Of a DNA stretch of 64,000 nt, positions 24,281-36,545 are shown in pieces (position 1 is the stretch's first letter; each line of letters begins with the position of its first letter). The position numbers and the translations under genes were made by a program. Below the pieces are notes generated by a model. That model was not told the origin of the DNA. It made no database searches and saw nothing but the letters and a program-made list of their open reading frames with translations. Source of the DNA: Oculina patagonica (lineage: Eukaryota); assembly GCF_052425735.1 (NCBI RefSeq), contig NC_135761.1, forward strand, positions 59,210,001-59,274,000, written 5' to 3'.

Positions 24281-26303
24281 TATCGTAAATCGCGGACAAA
24301 TTTGTAGATATGTTGGTACGAGTTCCTAAACAAATTTAGGAACTAAAATTCATTTTCATACTTCTCTGTGAGTTAATTATCGCGAACTCTTTTCAACAAT
24401 TGCATATCCTTCAGGTTGAAATGAATAAGCCTTGAATAAAACCTCGAATTATCTTTACCCTTCTCCAAGCTGGAAATTAAATTTTATCAGCGTTTGCGTT
24501 GTTGTCGAGTGCGCACGTGTTTACGCTGATCAATGGGTTGTCATCATCACCCAATCACCACGCAGAGATTCGTTCATCTTGCGTCATCATTGACCAATCA
24601 CCTTACAGGCATTTATCACACCTCCCGATACTACTTTCAGGCATTCTGCACAACTCCCGATACTATTTGCGCGCCCACTTTGGTCAAATCATGACTTTTC
24701 CTGTTTTGGCCTCTGGGCCACAACCCTGCGGGGGCAATAAGCAGGTGAACGCAGTATACTGTAAAGTGTGATTGAAAAAAAAAAGCTAAATGTAGAATCT
24801 AAAGAAATAATTATTTTAAAGAATTGGTCTAATGGTAAGCTCTTGTAAGCCTTAAACCGCAACACTTATGGTGTTTGCTAAATTGAATTACCTGCATTCG
24901 TGTTCGCAAGTATGACCAAACAAACCGCAGTATAATGGACTACAAAAGTGTGTGAGGCTTCATAATAATAATAAATTAAAGGTGTTGCTTCACGCAATAT
25001 CTTTGTTATACAGCTTAGCCTGCGATATGGTCACGTGGCACCTAACCCTAAGGAACAGGTGCCAGTTGATGATGGTGACATCACTTCTCCGAAAAGTGAC
25101 TGAGCCCGCGTGACGTATTTTTTTTCGCGATTGCTTTCTGAGTACTCGTGAGCGCTCGCGCTGGTTTTTTTGATTGGATGAAATAATTTTGAAACTCTTC
25201 GAGTGCTTCAACGAAGATTTGCCAAAAATGGCACTATTCCCCCGACTGGCTGATCGAGAATCAAGGATTGAAAACTAGTGAAAACGTGAACCAGCAATCA
25301 AATAAAAAAACATATTCTGATTGCCGTCATTGCATAGAATGCAATCTCGAGTTTAACACCTGGTCCCATTATAATTTATGGTCATGTGACACTGTTCAGC
25401 AGGTGTCTCGTTTCGGCTGCTGACCGAGGAGTATTTAAGAAAGACCAATTCAGTATATAGAGTATAAACAAAAATAATAATAAAAAGGGCCGGTGTGCTG
25501 TTTAACTATATTCTACTGGATATCGTATTTTGGATGTCGCCCTACAAGATAACGCACTTTTTGTTGACCTTTCGTTCATCAAAGCTTAGAAGTGCTCATC
25601 GTCTTTATAACCGTTACGTTTTTGACCAATTTCTTGAAATCTTATGAATTGTAACCGCTTCTGCATGCATTGCGTGTCGTTCCTTGTAATTGTTTGGTTG
25701 CACTGGAGTCCTTATTCCGGTGGTATTTTTAGAGCAATAAACTACAATCAAATCTCGTAAAAAAAGAAACGCAAACTTAAATACTAATTTTACCTATAAA
25801 GTATCGTACATTTTCTTTTAATTTTTGCGTATCGAATACGCGCGCAAAAACATTGTTGGAAGTTTGTTCATGCTACAGTTAATACCATATTACAAACATT
25901 TGAAATTGTTTGCAACTACAGCTATATACTTTTGTAAATATTTTCCCATCTTGTTAAAAAAACATTGTTTAAAAAGAAATTTGGTAATTGTTGTTTGAAA
26001 TTTATATATTTATTTTTCATTGCCAAACGTTACTATTTTACGTTACTTTTAACTGTTAGAGAAACTGTGCAACAAACTGTACTGTACTAGCTGTACTACA
26101 AACGGCAAACTCGAATTCTTTCTTCTCGCAACTTGAATCCTTACCAAATGCAATCAAAAGAGCAAATACCTTGACCTATTCTTATCTTTACCGTACCCAA
26201 GTTCGCAAGTAGCCAATCAGAAGCATGATTCTACATTTGATTAGCTTTTTTTAGTGACACTTTACAGTATACTTTTCCACGGTTTTTTGAAAAGCAATTC
26301 TTT

Positions 26304-26472
26304 CGATCCTCGATCCCCGATCCCCGATCCTCGATCCCCGATCCTCGATCCCCGATCCTCGATCCCCGATCATCGATCTTCGATCCTTGATCCTCGATCC
26401 TGGTTTTCCAGGAAACCAAAATTCGATCCTCAATCCTCGATCCTCGATCCTCGATCCTCGATCCTCGATCCT
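26304..26472. repeat. Heptamer (CGATCCT)n array, probably a transposon subterminal repeat
   Basis: Two runs of CGATCCT/CGATCCC, each ending in GTTTTCCAGGAAACC. Confidence 0.85.
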
Positions 26473-27139
26473 AGTTTTCCAGGAAACCGTGAAAATTGCT
26501 GGAGTCTGGAACGAGACTTGCTTATGAGCTAAAGAATGTCAGAGCTCGTTGTCATTCTCGTACCTCGAGTCTTCGTCCCTTCTGCGCAGGCTTGAAGAAA
26601 CGAGCGACTCTTCGCTCGTTTCCTGACCGCGGGTCAAAGGGAACGAAGACCCTGGGTACGAGGATGAGCTCGTTGTTAGGAAGGTTTGCCACGTCTCGAA
26701 ACGTCGGACAAAATATTCTCTTCAGCGCGTTGTTTGATGATCAGCTCTAATGCTGCAAGGTATGTGTACATACAGTAATAACATCTGTAAGGTTAAACTT
26801 TTTGATTAATGCTTTCTCCATTGATGTTAAGAAGACAAAATCACTTCCGCAATGAAGCGAATCGAAATTACTTTCGCTTTTATTTTTCTGGCTTCGTCAC
26901 GATCATTTGCGCCTCAAATTATTTTGGGTTTTTTGATAGCATGTTAAGATGGAATTATTTAGGCGAACTGCAGTATATATGTGTATAAATTTTAACAATT
27001 TGTTGTTCCAGTTTGAATCCCTGTAAGCTGCTGTAAGCTTTGAACTTTCTGTTACCTTTATGTTGTGGTTCAGTGTTACCCTAGCCTGGGAATAATTTTG
27101 TATTTTCCTTTGTTTTATAGTCTGTACTATATATGTTGG

Positions 27140-27279
27140 CAAGATTTCCGCACAGCCCCATACATTAATTATGCATGCAATTTTCTGTCTGACTCGTTGT
27201 TTTCGTGATTGGTGTTTGTGTATGGTGATAGTATGAAATAGTTGCATACATAATTAATGTGGGGCTGTGCGGAAATCTT
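27140..27279. mobile_element. Short foldback element or MITE
   Basis: ~40-bp inverted arms AAGATTTCCGCACAGCCCCATACATTAATTATG / CATAATTAATGTGGGGCTGTGCGGAAATCTT. Confidence 0.7.
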
Positions 27280-27908
27280 CCCCCAACATTTACAAAGCAT
27301 CCCCTTCTTTTGGGCCATTCCACTTTATGCACCTTTTCAGCTGCAGGAGGGGAGGCCGGGCATTTAAACTTAGCTGAGACTTTCTGTTCAAATTCCCAAG
27401 CCCAGAGCATATTATTTTGTGGATGTTCAAAAGAGTCCCTAAACTTCAATAAAATGTTGTGAGAAAGTTCATTAAAATGGTCGAAAGTCCCCACTACTAC
27501 GGGCAAACAGTAACTAGCTGGCAAATGTACAAGAATTCCTTCCGGACTGTATTTATTCTGGATTCTATAGGCTCTACTCCTTAAGATTACAGCTGTCTCA
27601 GACTCAATATCACGAGGATTACAAGGATTCGAAGGATTCACTTCGTACGAAATTTCAATATGGCTTCTCATACAAAAGAACAACATTCAACATGTCCCAG
27701 AAACACTTTCGGTCCGATGACAATTACGTCATCGCGTACACTCCCCCCGGTTGACCATGATAGAATGGTCAACAGTTCACTCTGTTGAAATCAACTGATC
27801 AAACTAGCCTTAATAGACAAACTGTCCTCAGATTAGCGAACAAGAAAAAAAATATGAAAACACAACAAACAATGTTCAACGTTCATAGTAAACTTAATAG
27901 TTCAATGT

Positions 27909-30900
27909 TCATTGTTCATCTTGCAATTCTGCAATCCACCTTCGTCTTAATCGTTCTCCTTCAACTGCGGCCTTACGCCGTTCTCGGTTTCCTCTCACTA
28001 GCCCTCGTGCTGACTGCTCTCGCGGTTCTAGTACTGGCTCCGGCTGGGCGGTTTCACTGGCAGCACAGCTCACTTCCAGTGGGTACAGTAATTGTAGGGG
28101 CCTTCTCAAGAGACTCGTTCTCTTTGACTTCTTCGCTTTGACTCTGACCTCAGCACCTCGATTTTGTCCATCCTTGCTTGTCAGGATCCGTTCCACTTTA
28201 CCCAATTTCCAATGGGATCTCGGATGTCCTTCATCATGGACCAAAACCAGGTCACCTACAGAGACCAAACTCGATCCAATTGCTCTCTTAACTCGGCAAT
28301 GGGCATTTCTTAGCTCAAGTAGGTATTCTGCTCTCCATCTCTTCCAGAAATGGCCCAGAATCATGTTTAGATGTCTTGCTCTCCTACTCAAGTCATTTTG
28401 CGAAATTCCAAAGTCTTCATCTTGTGGGCTGTCTACCTCAGGAAGAGCGTTGACTCTCCGGCCAATGATAAGATGGGCAGGAGTGAGGGGCTCTTCTAGA
28501 TCTTCAGTTGAGACATAGGAGATCGGTCGGCAATTTAGAATCATTTCGGCTTCTGCAACGACAGTCACAAGCTCATCCTGTGTGAGTTTAGCTCGACCAA
28601 TTGTCTTCTTGAGACCGCTCTTCAGTGATTTGACTAATCGTTCATAGAAACCTCCCCACCATGGGGCCTTCTCCAGATTGTATGACCACTTTATCCTCTC
28701 CTGGGTGAAGTGCCTTGTCACACTGGGGTCGTTCACTATCTTCTCGAGTTCCTTGGAGGCACTCTTAAAGGTTTTAGCATTGTCTGATATCACAAAGGAA
28801 GGCATTGACCTACGAGCAACATATCTTCTAAAGCACCTCAAAAATGCTTGGGCAGTTAGGTTTGGAACAACCTCAAGATGCACTGCTCTTGTTATGCAAC
28901 ATGTGAATAAACAAATCCACACCTTTCGGTCCTTCTCACTTGTAGATTTCACATAGAGGGGGCCAACATAGTCCAATCCGATGTAGGTAAATGCAGGGGC
29001 CTCCTTAACTCTGCAACTAGGTAAGGGTGGAGGAGGTGGTGTCTTGTAGGGTTTCCCTTGGAACTTCTTACAAACTGTATAGCCAAACAGCAACTTTCTG
29101 ATGAAGTAGCGACCTCGAACAATCCAAAAGGTTGATCTCAGTTCAGCAAGTGTCTCCTTAACACCTCCATGCATGACCTTTCTGTGACAGCTCCAAACAG
29201 TGAGGGTGGTAAGATGATGTTTGGCATCAAGTAAGATGGGGTACTTTGCAGAATCCGCCAGATCAGAGTTTCCGAGTCTCCCTCGACATCTCACAACTCC
29301 CCTTTCATCCTCGAACAAGTTCAACTGCTGTTTCAAAGACCTGAATTTGTCCTTATCCTTCAACGATCGCTGAACTTCCTTTATCCAACACAGTTCCGCT
29401 TTCTCAATGTCTGCACTGGTTACCTCTGGCTTCTCGTCAGTTCCTCTACGTTTCGCCTTCAGAAGCCTGATGAATTTGAAAACCAGAGCGGTGACCCGTA
29501 GGAGGCGCTCACGGCAGCTGAATGCTCTGCAATCAATGACATTATCCAGTGAGGTCGATTGACTGTTCACAGTTAATGCAGAGAGGTCTCCAACCAACTC
29601 CGCCTTTCGATCCTTTGCTTTCATTTCTGAGAGACACTCCTCTGGAGGCAACTCCTCGTCAAACTTGTTTGTTTCCTCAGACCCCTCAGGATCAATTAGC
29701 CATTTTGGCCCATTCCACCATAAGGTACTAGCCGCTAGTTCACGAGAACCCATACCCCTGGAGAGTATGTCCGCTGGGTTGTCTGAACCAGGGCAATGGT
29801 TCCAGCACTCTGCAGGTACGAGCTTCCTTATCTCATCTACCCGATGCTGCACAAATTGTTTCCACTCCTTTGCACTCTGTACAATCCAATACCAGGCTAC
29901 CTTTGAGTCGGTCCAACACACCAACTTGCTAATCTCTATCTCAGAAGTAAGAGCTTCCTTAACGCTGCGCATCAGTCTAGCGAAAACGACGGCCGACAGC
30001 AGTTCTAAGCGCGGTATGGTCTGGTTAGAGAGAGGGGCTACTCGTGTTTTTGAAGCTACAAATCTGATGTAGTTGCCATGTGTGGTCACAATGCGCAGAT
30101 AGACAATCGCCCCATACGCCCTTGCAGATGCATCACAGAACCCATGAAGTTCACTCGTGACAACTTCCCCTTCTATGTCGGTGTAATAGCATCTGGGAAG
30201 GGTGAAGGGTTTTACATCCTGTAGTTGGGCCACAAGTCTTTGCCAGGTTGACTTGCAAGAACCTTCTAGTGGGTCATCCCAGTCCCTCTTTTCCTTGCAC
30301 AGCTCTTGAAACAAGATTTTGAATTGGATAGTGATTGGGGAAATAACACCAAGAGGATCATAGAATTTGGACACCGTACTGATCACATTTCTCTTTGTAG
30401 GCTCTACTTTCCTTGCCAAGGAAGCAGTCTCTGTGAGATCAAATACGAGGTTGTCATTGTGAAAGTTCCACAGGGTTCCTAATATCTTTTGCTCGCCAGG
30501 GTCTTCAATGACTGGAGTTCCCAAGATGCTCCTTGAGTAGGTCATGTCCTCCTCTTCAACCTTGTGTCCATCTGCCATCACTGTCTCAGCAATCTGACTC
30601 CTGCCAACAGCCTCTTTCGGCTGAGCTTCTTCGCTCCTTGAAGCTGACCTCTCATTTATCTCAATTCTCTCACGCAGCTCTTCAGAATTGGTGACAAATT
30701 TTCGCAGATTGAATCCCGCTTCCTTCAAACGCAATTTGGACTTCACATAAAGCTCAAAGGTGCGATTCACATCACCGTCGCCTGAGGTCAAGTCATCAAC
30801 GTAAATACTCTCGAGAAATTTCTGTGTGAAGCTAGGATCACACTGTTCATATTGTCCTATGTGATGCTGGATAGTGGCATTCAGCAAAAATGGACTCGAG

Positions 30901-33818
30901 GATAGACCAAACACAACCCGTGAAAACCTCAGAACAACAACTTCAGGTTCAGCCTTATCAATGTCCTTGACCCACAGAAACCGGAGTACATCCCTGTTTT
31001 CTTCAGCGATGTGAACCATTAAGAAAGCCTTCTCAATGTCTCCGACAAGCGCAACTCTGTAACTACGGAACCTTAACATGATGTCAAAGATGTTCTGTGC
31101 GAGTAGAGGACCAGCATGTAGACACTCGTTCAATGACGCTCCGTTTGACCTTGCTGAGGCGTCGTAGACGACTCCAAACTTTGTGGTTGACTTGTCCCTC
31201 TGGATGACCGCATGGTGAGGGATGTAATGTATGCGATCAGACTCTGGCTTGGCCTCCTTGTCAACAACTTCCACAATTCCTCTCTCGATTTGGTCTTTGA
31301 TGACACTGTCATACTCTCTCAGGATGTCGGGCTCCTTGCGTAGTCGACTTAACAAACTGCTTAGCCTTCGCTGGCTTAACTCGTAATTATCAGGGAGCGG
31401 TGGGTGTGTAGCCTTCCACGGGAGATGAACTTGATAGTGGTCTCCTCTGTACGTCAACTTCTCTAGGAATTCTTCATGAATGCTGGGAGTCTTTATGCCG
31501 AGAGACTCCAAGTCCCAAAATTTCTTTAACTCTCCTTGCAGGCCTTCATAGGGAACTTCATCAGTGGCACATTTTAGGATGTGGGTTTCCACAAGATTGC
31601 TGCTTTGCTGACTTCCAGGATCTCCGTGACACACAGGGCCTGAGAGTACCCATCCTAGTTTGGTATGAATAGCTGTGGGACCTTGAGTTCCTCGGATGGT
31701 GTGACCAGTCACAAGATTCCAATAATAGTCTGAACCGACCAAAATGTCAACATTGAGAGTTTCCCCTTCGGCACAATAATCAGCTAGACTTAGACCTGAA
31801 AAACAGACATTGTCATTCACCACTTGCTCAACAGACTGACCCTGCAAAGGTTGGCAAATCAGAGGCACAGTAAAGGCTGACAACAACAGATTGGGTCCCC
31901 CTTTCAGCTCGATCCCCAGCGATGCAACTTCCACGAATTCAACTCTCTCATCTGTGGATCCAAATGTCTTAATTGAGACTTGTTTCCTTTCCAACACTGG
32001 TAATTGAAGAATGTTCTTCAGGTTGTCTGTCAAATAGGTGCGCTGACTACCACTGTCCAAGATGATTCTAGCCTTGACCTTGCACTCTGGTCGCTGAGGA
32101 TTGTAAACAATAGCCTGAGCCGTTTGAAGTAACACTGGTGTCGAAGAATTCGAGTAACAGACCACAGAATTGGTACCTGGTTGCACTGTTAGACCTTGCT
32201 GTTCTGGAACTGGTGTAGACACTGTAGGTGCAGGGTAGGTTGGTGGCACTACGTTAAAATTACTTTGACAGATACTGTCATGGTGCCTTCCATTACACTT
32301 ATGACATTTGGACTTGGATGGACAGTTGCGGCTTATGTGATCTTTCCGAAGGCACACAAAACATCTTCCATACTTCTTTAAAAGATCCTTCCGAGCTAGT
32401 ACATCGATCACTGTTTTGCAATCCTTTGATGGGTGTTTTCCTCTACAGTAAGTGCATGTTGGACCATAAGCATTGCCATTAAAGAGGCTGTGTGTTGTTC
32501 CTGGATCCTTTTTGTTCTTATTAGGAGGCTTAGGAGGCAAAGACTGATTTCCATTCACAGAGGGTACCCCAGCTCTTTCTCTTGCCTCTAGTTCCCTTTT
32601 AAAGATCGCAAGAAGCTGGTCCAATTGCCAGTCGTCATTCCCCATTTCTCTAGTGATAACAAGACGAAAGTCTTGTGGTAGTTTAATCATCAAGATGGAC
32701 GAAAGTAACCCACCATATGTTTCACGAGGAACTCCCAGTGACTTTAGGCTTCTGACATTTGATTCAACAGTGTCATGGAGCTTCCGTAAGCTCCTCATGT
32801 TAAGGTGAGATGTTACAGTGTCAAGGTTCAGCAAAATCTCCATGTGACGATTGATTATTTGCTGCTTATTGCCGAATCTACCTTTCAGAATTTCTATTGC
32901 TTCGTCATAATTCGATGCAGTTAGAGTCAAACCCGAAATTGCTTCAGCTGCTGACCGTTCAAGACGCGAAATTAAGTAATTAAACTTATCAATGGCAGAA
33001 AGACTTTCGTTTTTATGTACTGAGGCTTCAAAGGTATCCCAGAAAGAAATCCACTTACTATGATCGCCGTCGAATTTCTTTAGTTCCAACTTCGGTAGTT
33101 TGACTTGTGTTTTTATCGGTGTTGACGCTGAAGAATCCGCCAAAGAAGCACTTGGAGGTGAGGCACCATTTTCGTTTTGACCTGAAGCACTTGGAGGCGA
33201 GGAACCATTCTCGTTTCGACCTGAAGCACTTGGAGGCGAGGAACCATTCTCGTTTTGACCTGAAGCACTTGGAGGCGAGGAACCATTTTCGTTTTGACCT
33301 GAAGCACTTGGAGGCGAGGAATCATTCTCGTTTTGACCTGACACACTTGGAGGCGAGGAACCATTTCCATTTTGACCTAAAGCACTTGGAGGCGATGAAC
33401 CATTCTCGTTTTGACCTTCTGGAGCTCTCACCGGACCTTCTTCTGTCGGCGTGCTTGCTGGCACGTTTGGTTGCGCGGGAAGATTCGCAACAACACCATT
33501 TGTGTTTACATTTGATGACAAGGCGTGATCTATGTTAGCTATAGCCAGCTGGATATTTTCCTCGACCAAATCTGCCCGCTCTATTTCGGCTTCGATTTCC
33601 TCTTCGTCCACAAGGGCCAAAATTTCCATGTCGAGTTGTCGAAGAGTGGTCCGTTTCGCCTGAAGGCTTGCCTTTTGTTGATTCAGCTTGACCGCGTGCT
33701 TGGCGATTTCTGACAAGTCTCCTGTGGCGAGGACTTCGATTGCAGACGTAATAATACGGGTTGCGGTGGACCTGTGACCTCCACGCGTCCTTCGCTTTCT
33801 AGAAAGTTCTTCAGCCAT
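27909..33818 (-). CDS. BEL/Pao gag-pol polyprotein (Gag with triple Zn knuckle, protease, RT, RNase H, integrase)
   Basis: 1969-aa ORF with KLPKLELKKFDG, three Cys/His knuckles, ILDSGSQ, DIEKAF, YVDD, GFCDAS, IPRLEL, GLDYVGP, SDNAKTF and APWWGGFYERLV. Confidence 0.97.
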   Translation of the reverse strand: MAEELSRKRRTRGGHRSTATRIITSAIEVLATGDLSEIAKHAVKLNQQKASLQAKRTTLRQLDMEILALVDEEEIEAEIERADLVEENIQLAIANIDHALSSNVNTNGVVANLPAQPNVPASTPTEEGPVRAPEGQNENGSSPPSALGQNGNGSSPPSVSGQNENDSSPPSASGQNENGSSPPSASGQNENGSSPPSASGRNENGSSPPSASGQNENGASPPSASLADSSASTPIKTQVKLPKLELKKFDGDHSKWISFWDTFEASVHKNESLSAIDKFNYLISRLERSAAEAISGLTLTASNYDEAIEILKGRFGNKQQIINRHMEILLNLDTVTSHLNMRSLRKLHDTVESNVRSLKSLGVPRETYGGLLSSILMIKLPQDFRLVITREMGNDDWQLDQLLAIFKRELEARERAGVPSVNGNQSLPPKPPNKNKKDPGTTHSLFNGNAYGPTCTYCRGKHPSKDCKTVIDVLARKDLLKKYGRCFVCLRKDHISRNCPSKSKCHKCNGRHHDSICQSNFNVVPPTYPAPTVSTPVPEQQGLTVQPGTNSVVCYSNSSTPVLLQTAQAIVYNPQRPECKVKARIILDSGSQRTYLTDNLKNILQLPVLERKQVSIKTFGSTDERVEFVEVASLGIELKGGPNLLLSAFTVPLICQPLQGQSVEQVVNDNVCFSGLSLADYCAEGETLNVDILVGSDYYWNLVTGHTIRGTQGPTAIHTKLGWVLSGPVCHGDPGSQQSSNLVETHILKCATDEVPYEGLQGELKKFWDLESLGIKTPSIHEEFLEKLTYRGDHYQVHLPWKATHPPLPDNYELSQRRLSSLLSRLRKEPDILREYDSVIKDQIERGIVEVVDKEAKPESDRIHYIPHHAVIQRDKSTTKFGVVYDASARSNGASLNECLHAGPLLAQNIFDIMLRFRSYRVALVGDIEKAFLMVHIAEENRDVLRFLWVKDIDKAEPEVVVLRFSRVVFGLSSSPFLLNATIQHHIGQYEQCDPSFTQKFLESIYVDDLTSGDGDVNRTFELYVKSKLRLKEAGFNLRKFVTNSEELRERIEINERSASRSEEAQPKEAVGRSQIAETVMADGHKVEEEDMTYSRSILGTPVIEDPGEQKILGTLWNFHNDNLVFDLTETASLARKVEPTKRNVISTVSKFYDPLGVISPITIQFKILFQELCKEKRDWDDPLEGSCKSTWQRLVAQLQDVKPFTLPRCYYTDIEGEVVTSELHGFCDASARAYGAIVYLRIVTTHGNYIRFVASKTRVAPLSNQTIPRLELLSAVVFARLMRSVKEALTSEIEISKLVCWTDSKVAWYWIVQSAKEWKQFVQHRVDEIRKLVPAECWNHCPGSDNPADILSRGMGSRELAASTLWWNGPKWLIDPEGSEETNKFDEELPPEECLSEMKAKDRKAELVGDLSALTVNSQSTSLDNVIDCRAFSCRERLLRVTALVFKFIRLLKAKRRGTDEKPEVTSADIEKAELCWIKEVQRSLKDKDKFRSLKQQLNLFEDERGVVRCRGRLGNSDLADSAKYPILLDAKHHLTTLTVWSCHRKVMHGGVKETLAELRSTFWIVRGRYFIRKLLFGYTVCKKFQGKPYKTPPPPPLPSCRVKEAPAFTYIGLDYVGPLYVKSTSEKDRKVWICLFTCCITRAVHLEVVPNLTAQAFLRCFRRYVARRSMPSFVISDNAKTFKSASKELEKIVNDPSVTRHFTQERIKWSYNLEKAPWWGGFYERLVKSLKSGLKKTIGRAKLTQDELVTVVAEAEMILNCRPISYVSTEDLEEPLTPAHLIIGRRVNALPEVDSPQDEDFGISQNDLSRRARHLNMILGHFWKRWRAEYLLELRNAHCRVKRAIGSSLVSVGDLVLVHDEGHPRSHWKLGKVERILTSKDGQNRGAEVRVKAKKSKRTSLLRRPLQLLYPLEVSCAASETAQPEPVLEPREQSARGLVRGNRERRKAAVEGERLRRRWIAELQDEQ
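33140..33420. repeat. 39-bp minisatellite within gag (GQNENGSSPPSAS, about 7 copies)
   Basis: Unit TTTTGACCTGAAGCACTTGGAGGCGAGGAACCATTCTCG repeated in frame. Confidence 0.95.
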
Positions 33819-35047
33819 TTTTTCCTCGATGAGATTTGCGGAATAGCACAGAAATTCAACTCAGCTTGACTCACCACTCGTTTGCAAGACTCGTTTCAAT
33901 CGGTTTCCATCCGGCTCCTAAGGCCATGTACAAGAATTCCTTCCGGACTGTATTTATTCTGGATTCTATAGGCTCTACTCCTTAAGATTACAGCTGTCTC
34001 AGACTCAATATCACGAGGATTACAAGGATTCGAAGGATTCACTTCGTACGAAATTTCAATATGGCTTCTCATACAAAAGAACAACATTCAACATGTCCCA
34101 GAAACACTTTCGGTCCGATGACAATTACGTCATCGCGTACAGGCAAATCCCCTGCCTATGCCCGGCCTCCCCCTCAGTGGCTTAACATTGATAGGTGAAT
34201 TATATCCACATGACACTTCGTCCCATAGACGTCAGGTTTAATAGTCAAATTAAGCCCCCACTCCCTAGAATAATATCAGTGCTGACATGATGCTCTCCCT
34301 CTCTCCCTTTAACCCCTCAGAAAAAAAATTCCCTACCCTTTTCAGAATTATGTATTCTGGTGTGCCCAAGTCAAAGAAAATTAATAAGTGGAAAGCAATC
34401 TATATAATAAATAAATAAATAAATAATTAATTGATGGTTATTGACTGGTTTTATTCGAAAATTTGTACTTTGCCTTACATTATTTTTAATTAGTCATTTT
34501 AATTAAATAAATTGTTTTCGATTTTTATCAAAAAGCAATTTTTTATAAAAGCCAAACAACAATTTTTGTAAGTGGACATGTAAATTTCAATTGAACAGAT
34601 GACATTGAGGCTTAAGGTCATTGCCCTGTATTGCATTGCGCATCCTTACTGCGCAGATTTTTATGCGTAATAAGCGTGCGCGAGCGAGCGCACATAATCA
34701 AAATGGCGGCTTTTTTCTATGTGGCTTAGTCCGTGAGAGAAGTAAATTGTCGCTTTCTCGTAAACGAGTCTGGTGACCTATCATTTTTTCTCATATTTTG
34801 GGTGTAGCGATCAAATTCTCTCTGTAAAATGAAAACAGATCAATTCTTGTGTTTGAAAAATAAATTATCGCTAAAAACATGTACTTTCCTAGTTCTCGCA
34901 GAAGAATTTTAAAGGAATTATATGCAATATACAAGGTCTTCCTGCTCCTAAACGACTCTGGTGACCCCCCTTTTTTACTTCAAAATTAAAGTTCCCTTAA
35001 AGTAATAAACCAGTAGGCGAAGTTCGGTTAAAAAATTGTGTTCAGTA

Positions 35048-35048
<1 letters not shown>

Positions 35049-35085
<37 letters not shown>
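35049..35085. repeat. (TTA)n microsatellite
   Basis: Direct reading. Confidence 0.95.
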
Positions 35086-35086
<1 letters not shown>

Positions 35087-35289
35087 TCAGGGCAATGACC
35101 ATAACAGATCTTAAAATGCATAACATGTAGTGATCCTTGTACCACGATTGGTCATCATACATCTTTCATGCCAGAACATGTATTTAACAAATATCACCAC
35201 CTTATAAACTGGGAAGTAATTTTTCAAAGCAGACCTAGATGGGCATGAAGGGGTTAGTAAGGGTCTTTCTGCACTAGCAGGCAAAATAG

Positions 35290-35460
35290 GAGGAGCAGGG
35301 ATGGCGCAGTTGTGAGAGGGCTCGCCTCCTACCAGTGTGGCCCAGGTTCGATTCCCGGACATGGCGTCATATGTGGGTTAAGTTTGTTGTTGGTTCTTGT
35401 CCTTGCTCCAAGGGTTTTTCTCTGGGCTCTCCAGTTTTCCAACATTTCCAATTTCAATTC
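35290..35460 (+). mobile_element. tRNA-derived SINE
   Basis: A box GATGGCGCAGTTG, B box GGTTCGATTCCC, then body ATGTGGGTTAAGTTTGTTGTTGGTTCT. Confidence 0.75.
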
Positions 35461-36393
35461 AGTTGAAGCTGGGTTCTTCATTGGCTCTGGGTAACACAGG
35501 GTCAGACGAAAATAGAAAGGTCAGCTTGCCCTTCGGGCAAGCCATTATCTTATCTTACTAGCCCGTAGCTCTCAGAAGCTAGCCCAAAGGTAATTTGCAT
35601 AATTAATTATATGCAAATTTTAAATTGTTCTTCCTTTGGAGACAATAAATACATAAACATTCAAAAAGAAAAAGAAAATAATCTTACCACAAGAATTTAA
35701 ACAAACACATTATTACGATTTTGTGGCAACTAACTAGGTTTGTAGCTTAATGTAGATCCTTCAGGATCCTTCATTGTAATCCTACATTTCAAGAGACACA
35801 ATTCATATGCATACATGACGTACCCAATGCCTGCAATGCATTTTGGGGCGTTTTCAAAAGTGGTCAGCCATTTGCAAGTTTTACGAAGTGATGGAGTACT
35901 TTACGGCAAAGCAATACCATGGATTGGAACACTATGACTTCTTTTCTTATTTTGAACGTTTTAGAAGCAAAGATCTTCCAATATAATAATTTTCTGGAAG
36001 GACACAATTCCACAGAAAATGGCCGTTACTCATCTTATACAGAGGGAATATAGTAGCCACGTTCAAGTTGGCGACTGTAAAACAGTTTTAGTGGCCAAGG
36101 ATGCAGTGAGTCACATTTTCGAGCCCCAAATTTTCCCCTCTAATTTGTCTGGTGCACATTAATTTTGTTTCTGAAGGTTGTCATAAAAAAACAATGTTTC
36201 TTGCCCGTGTGTTGCTTGCCCGTCGGGCAAGTCGTGATCAGAATATGCTAGCCCGACGGATAATTCTACTAGCCCCGGGCTATCGGACAGCACTTTTGTC
36301 GTGCCATGGTAACAGCAAGTATATGCCTGGGGAAGCCAAGAAACACCCTTTGTTTGCTTTCTTCTACTCTCTACATCCCCAGCATCTACATAA

Positions 36394-36419
36394 CATCATC
36401 ATCATCATCATTTTCATCG

Positions 36420-36458
<39 letters not shown>
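36394..36458. repeat. (CAT)n microsatellite
   Basis: Direct reading. Confidence 0.95.
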
Positions 36459-36459
<1 letters not shown>

Positions 36460-36545
36460 TTAACTGTTATTCTTTTCTGACAATCTAGTGTTTCTGTCAG
36501 AGGGGCTTTAAAATTAGAGTGATATGAACTCATTAATATTGTTAA

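Larger units (their letters stand above)
27526..34141 (-). mobile_element. Full-length BEL/Pao LTR retrotransposon
   Basis: 215-bp TG..CA LTRs at 27526-27740 and 33927-34141, identical on reading. 6-bp TSD GGCAAA. Minus-strand PBS TGGCCTTAGGAGCCGGAT is tRNA-Tyr-like. PPT-like CCGGGGGGAG precedes the 3' LTR. Inserted inside a MITE (GGGGAGGCCGGGCAT / ATGCCCGGCCTCCCC). Confidence 0.97.

Noticed and set aside
26231-26532. GSRIEDR / DPRSS repeat ORFs
   Set aside because: Translations of a heptamer repeat; no gene structure.
27165-27686. 173-aa ORF and its 63-aa twin at 33896-34087
   Set aside because: Both begin inside the identical LTRs and run into unrelated flanks.
35290-35370. Functional tRNA gene (also considered at 16333 and 38326)
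   Set aside because: A and B boxes are present but the stems do not pair; SINE or pseudogene context.
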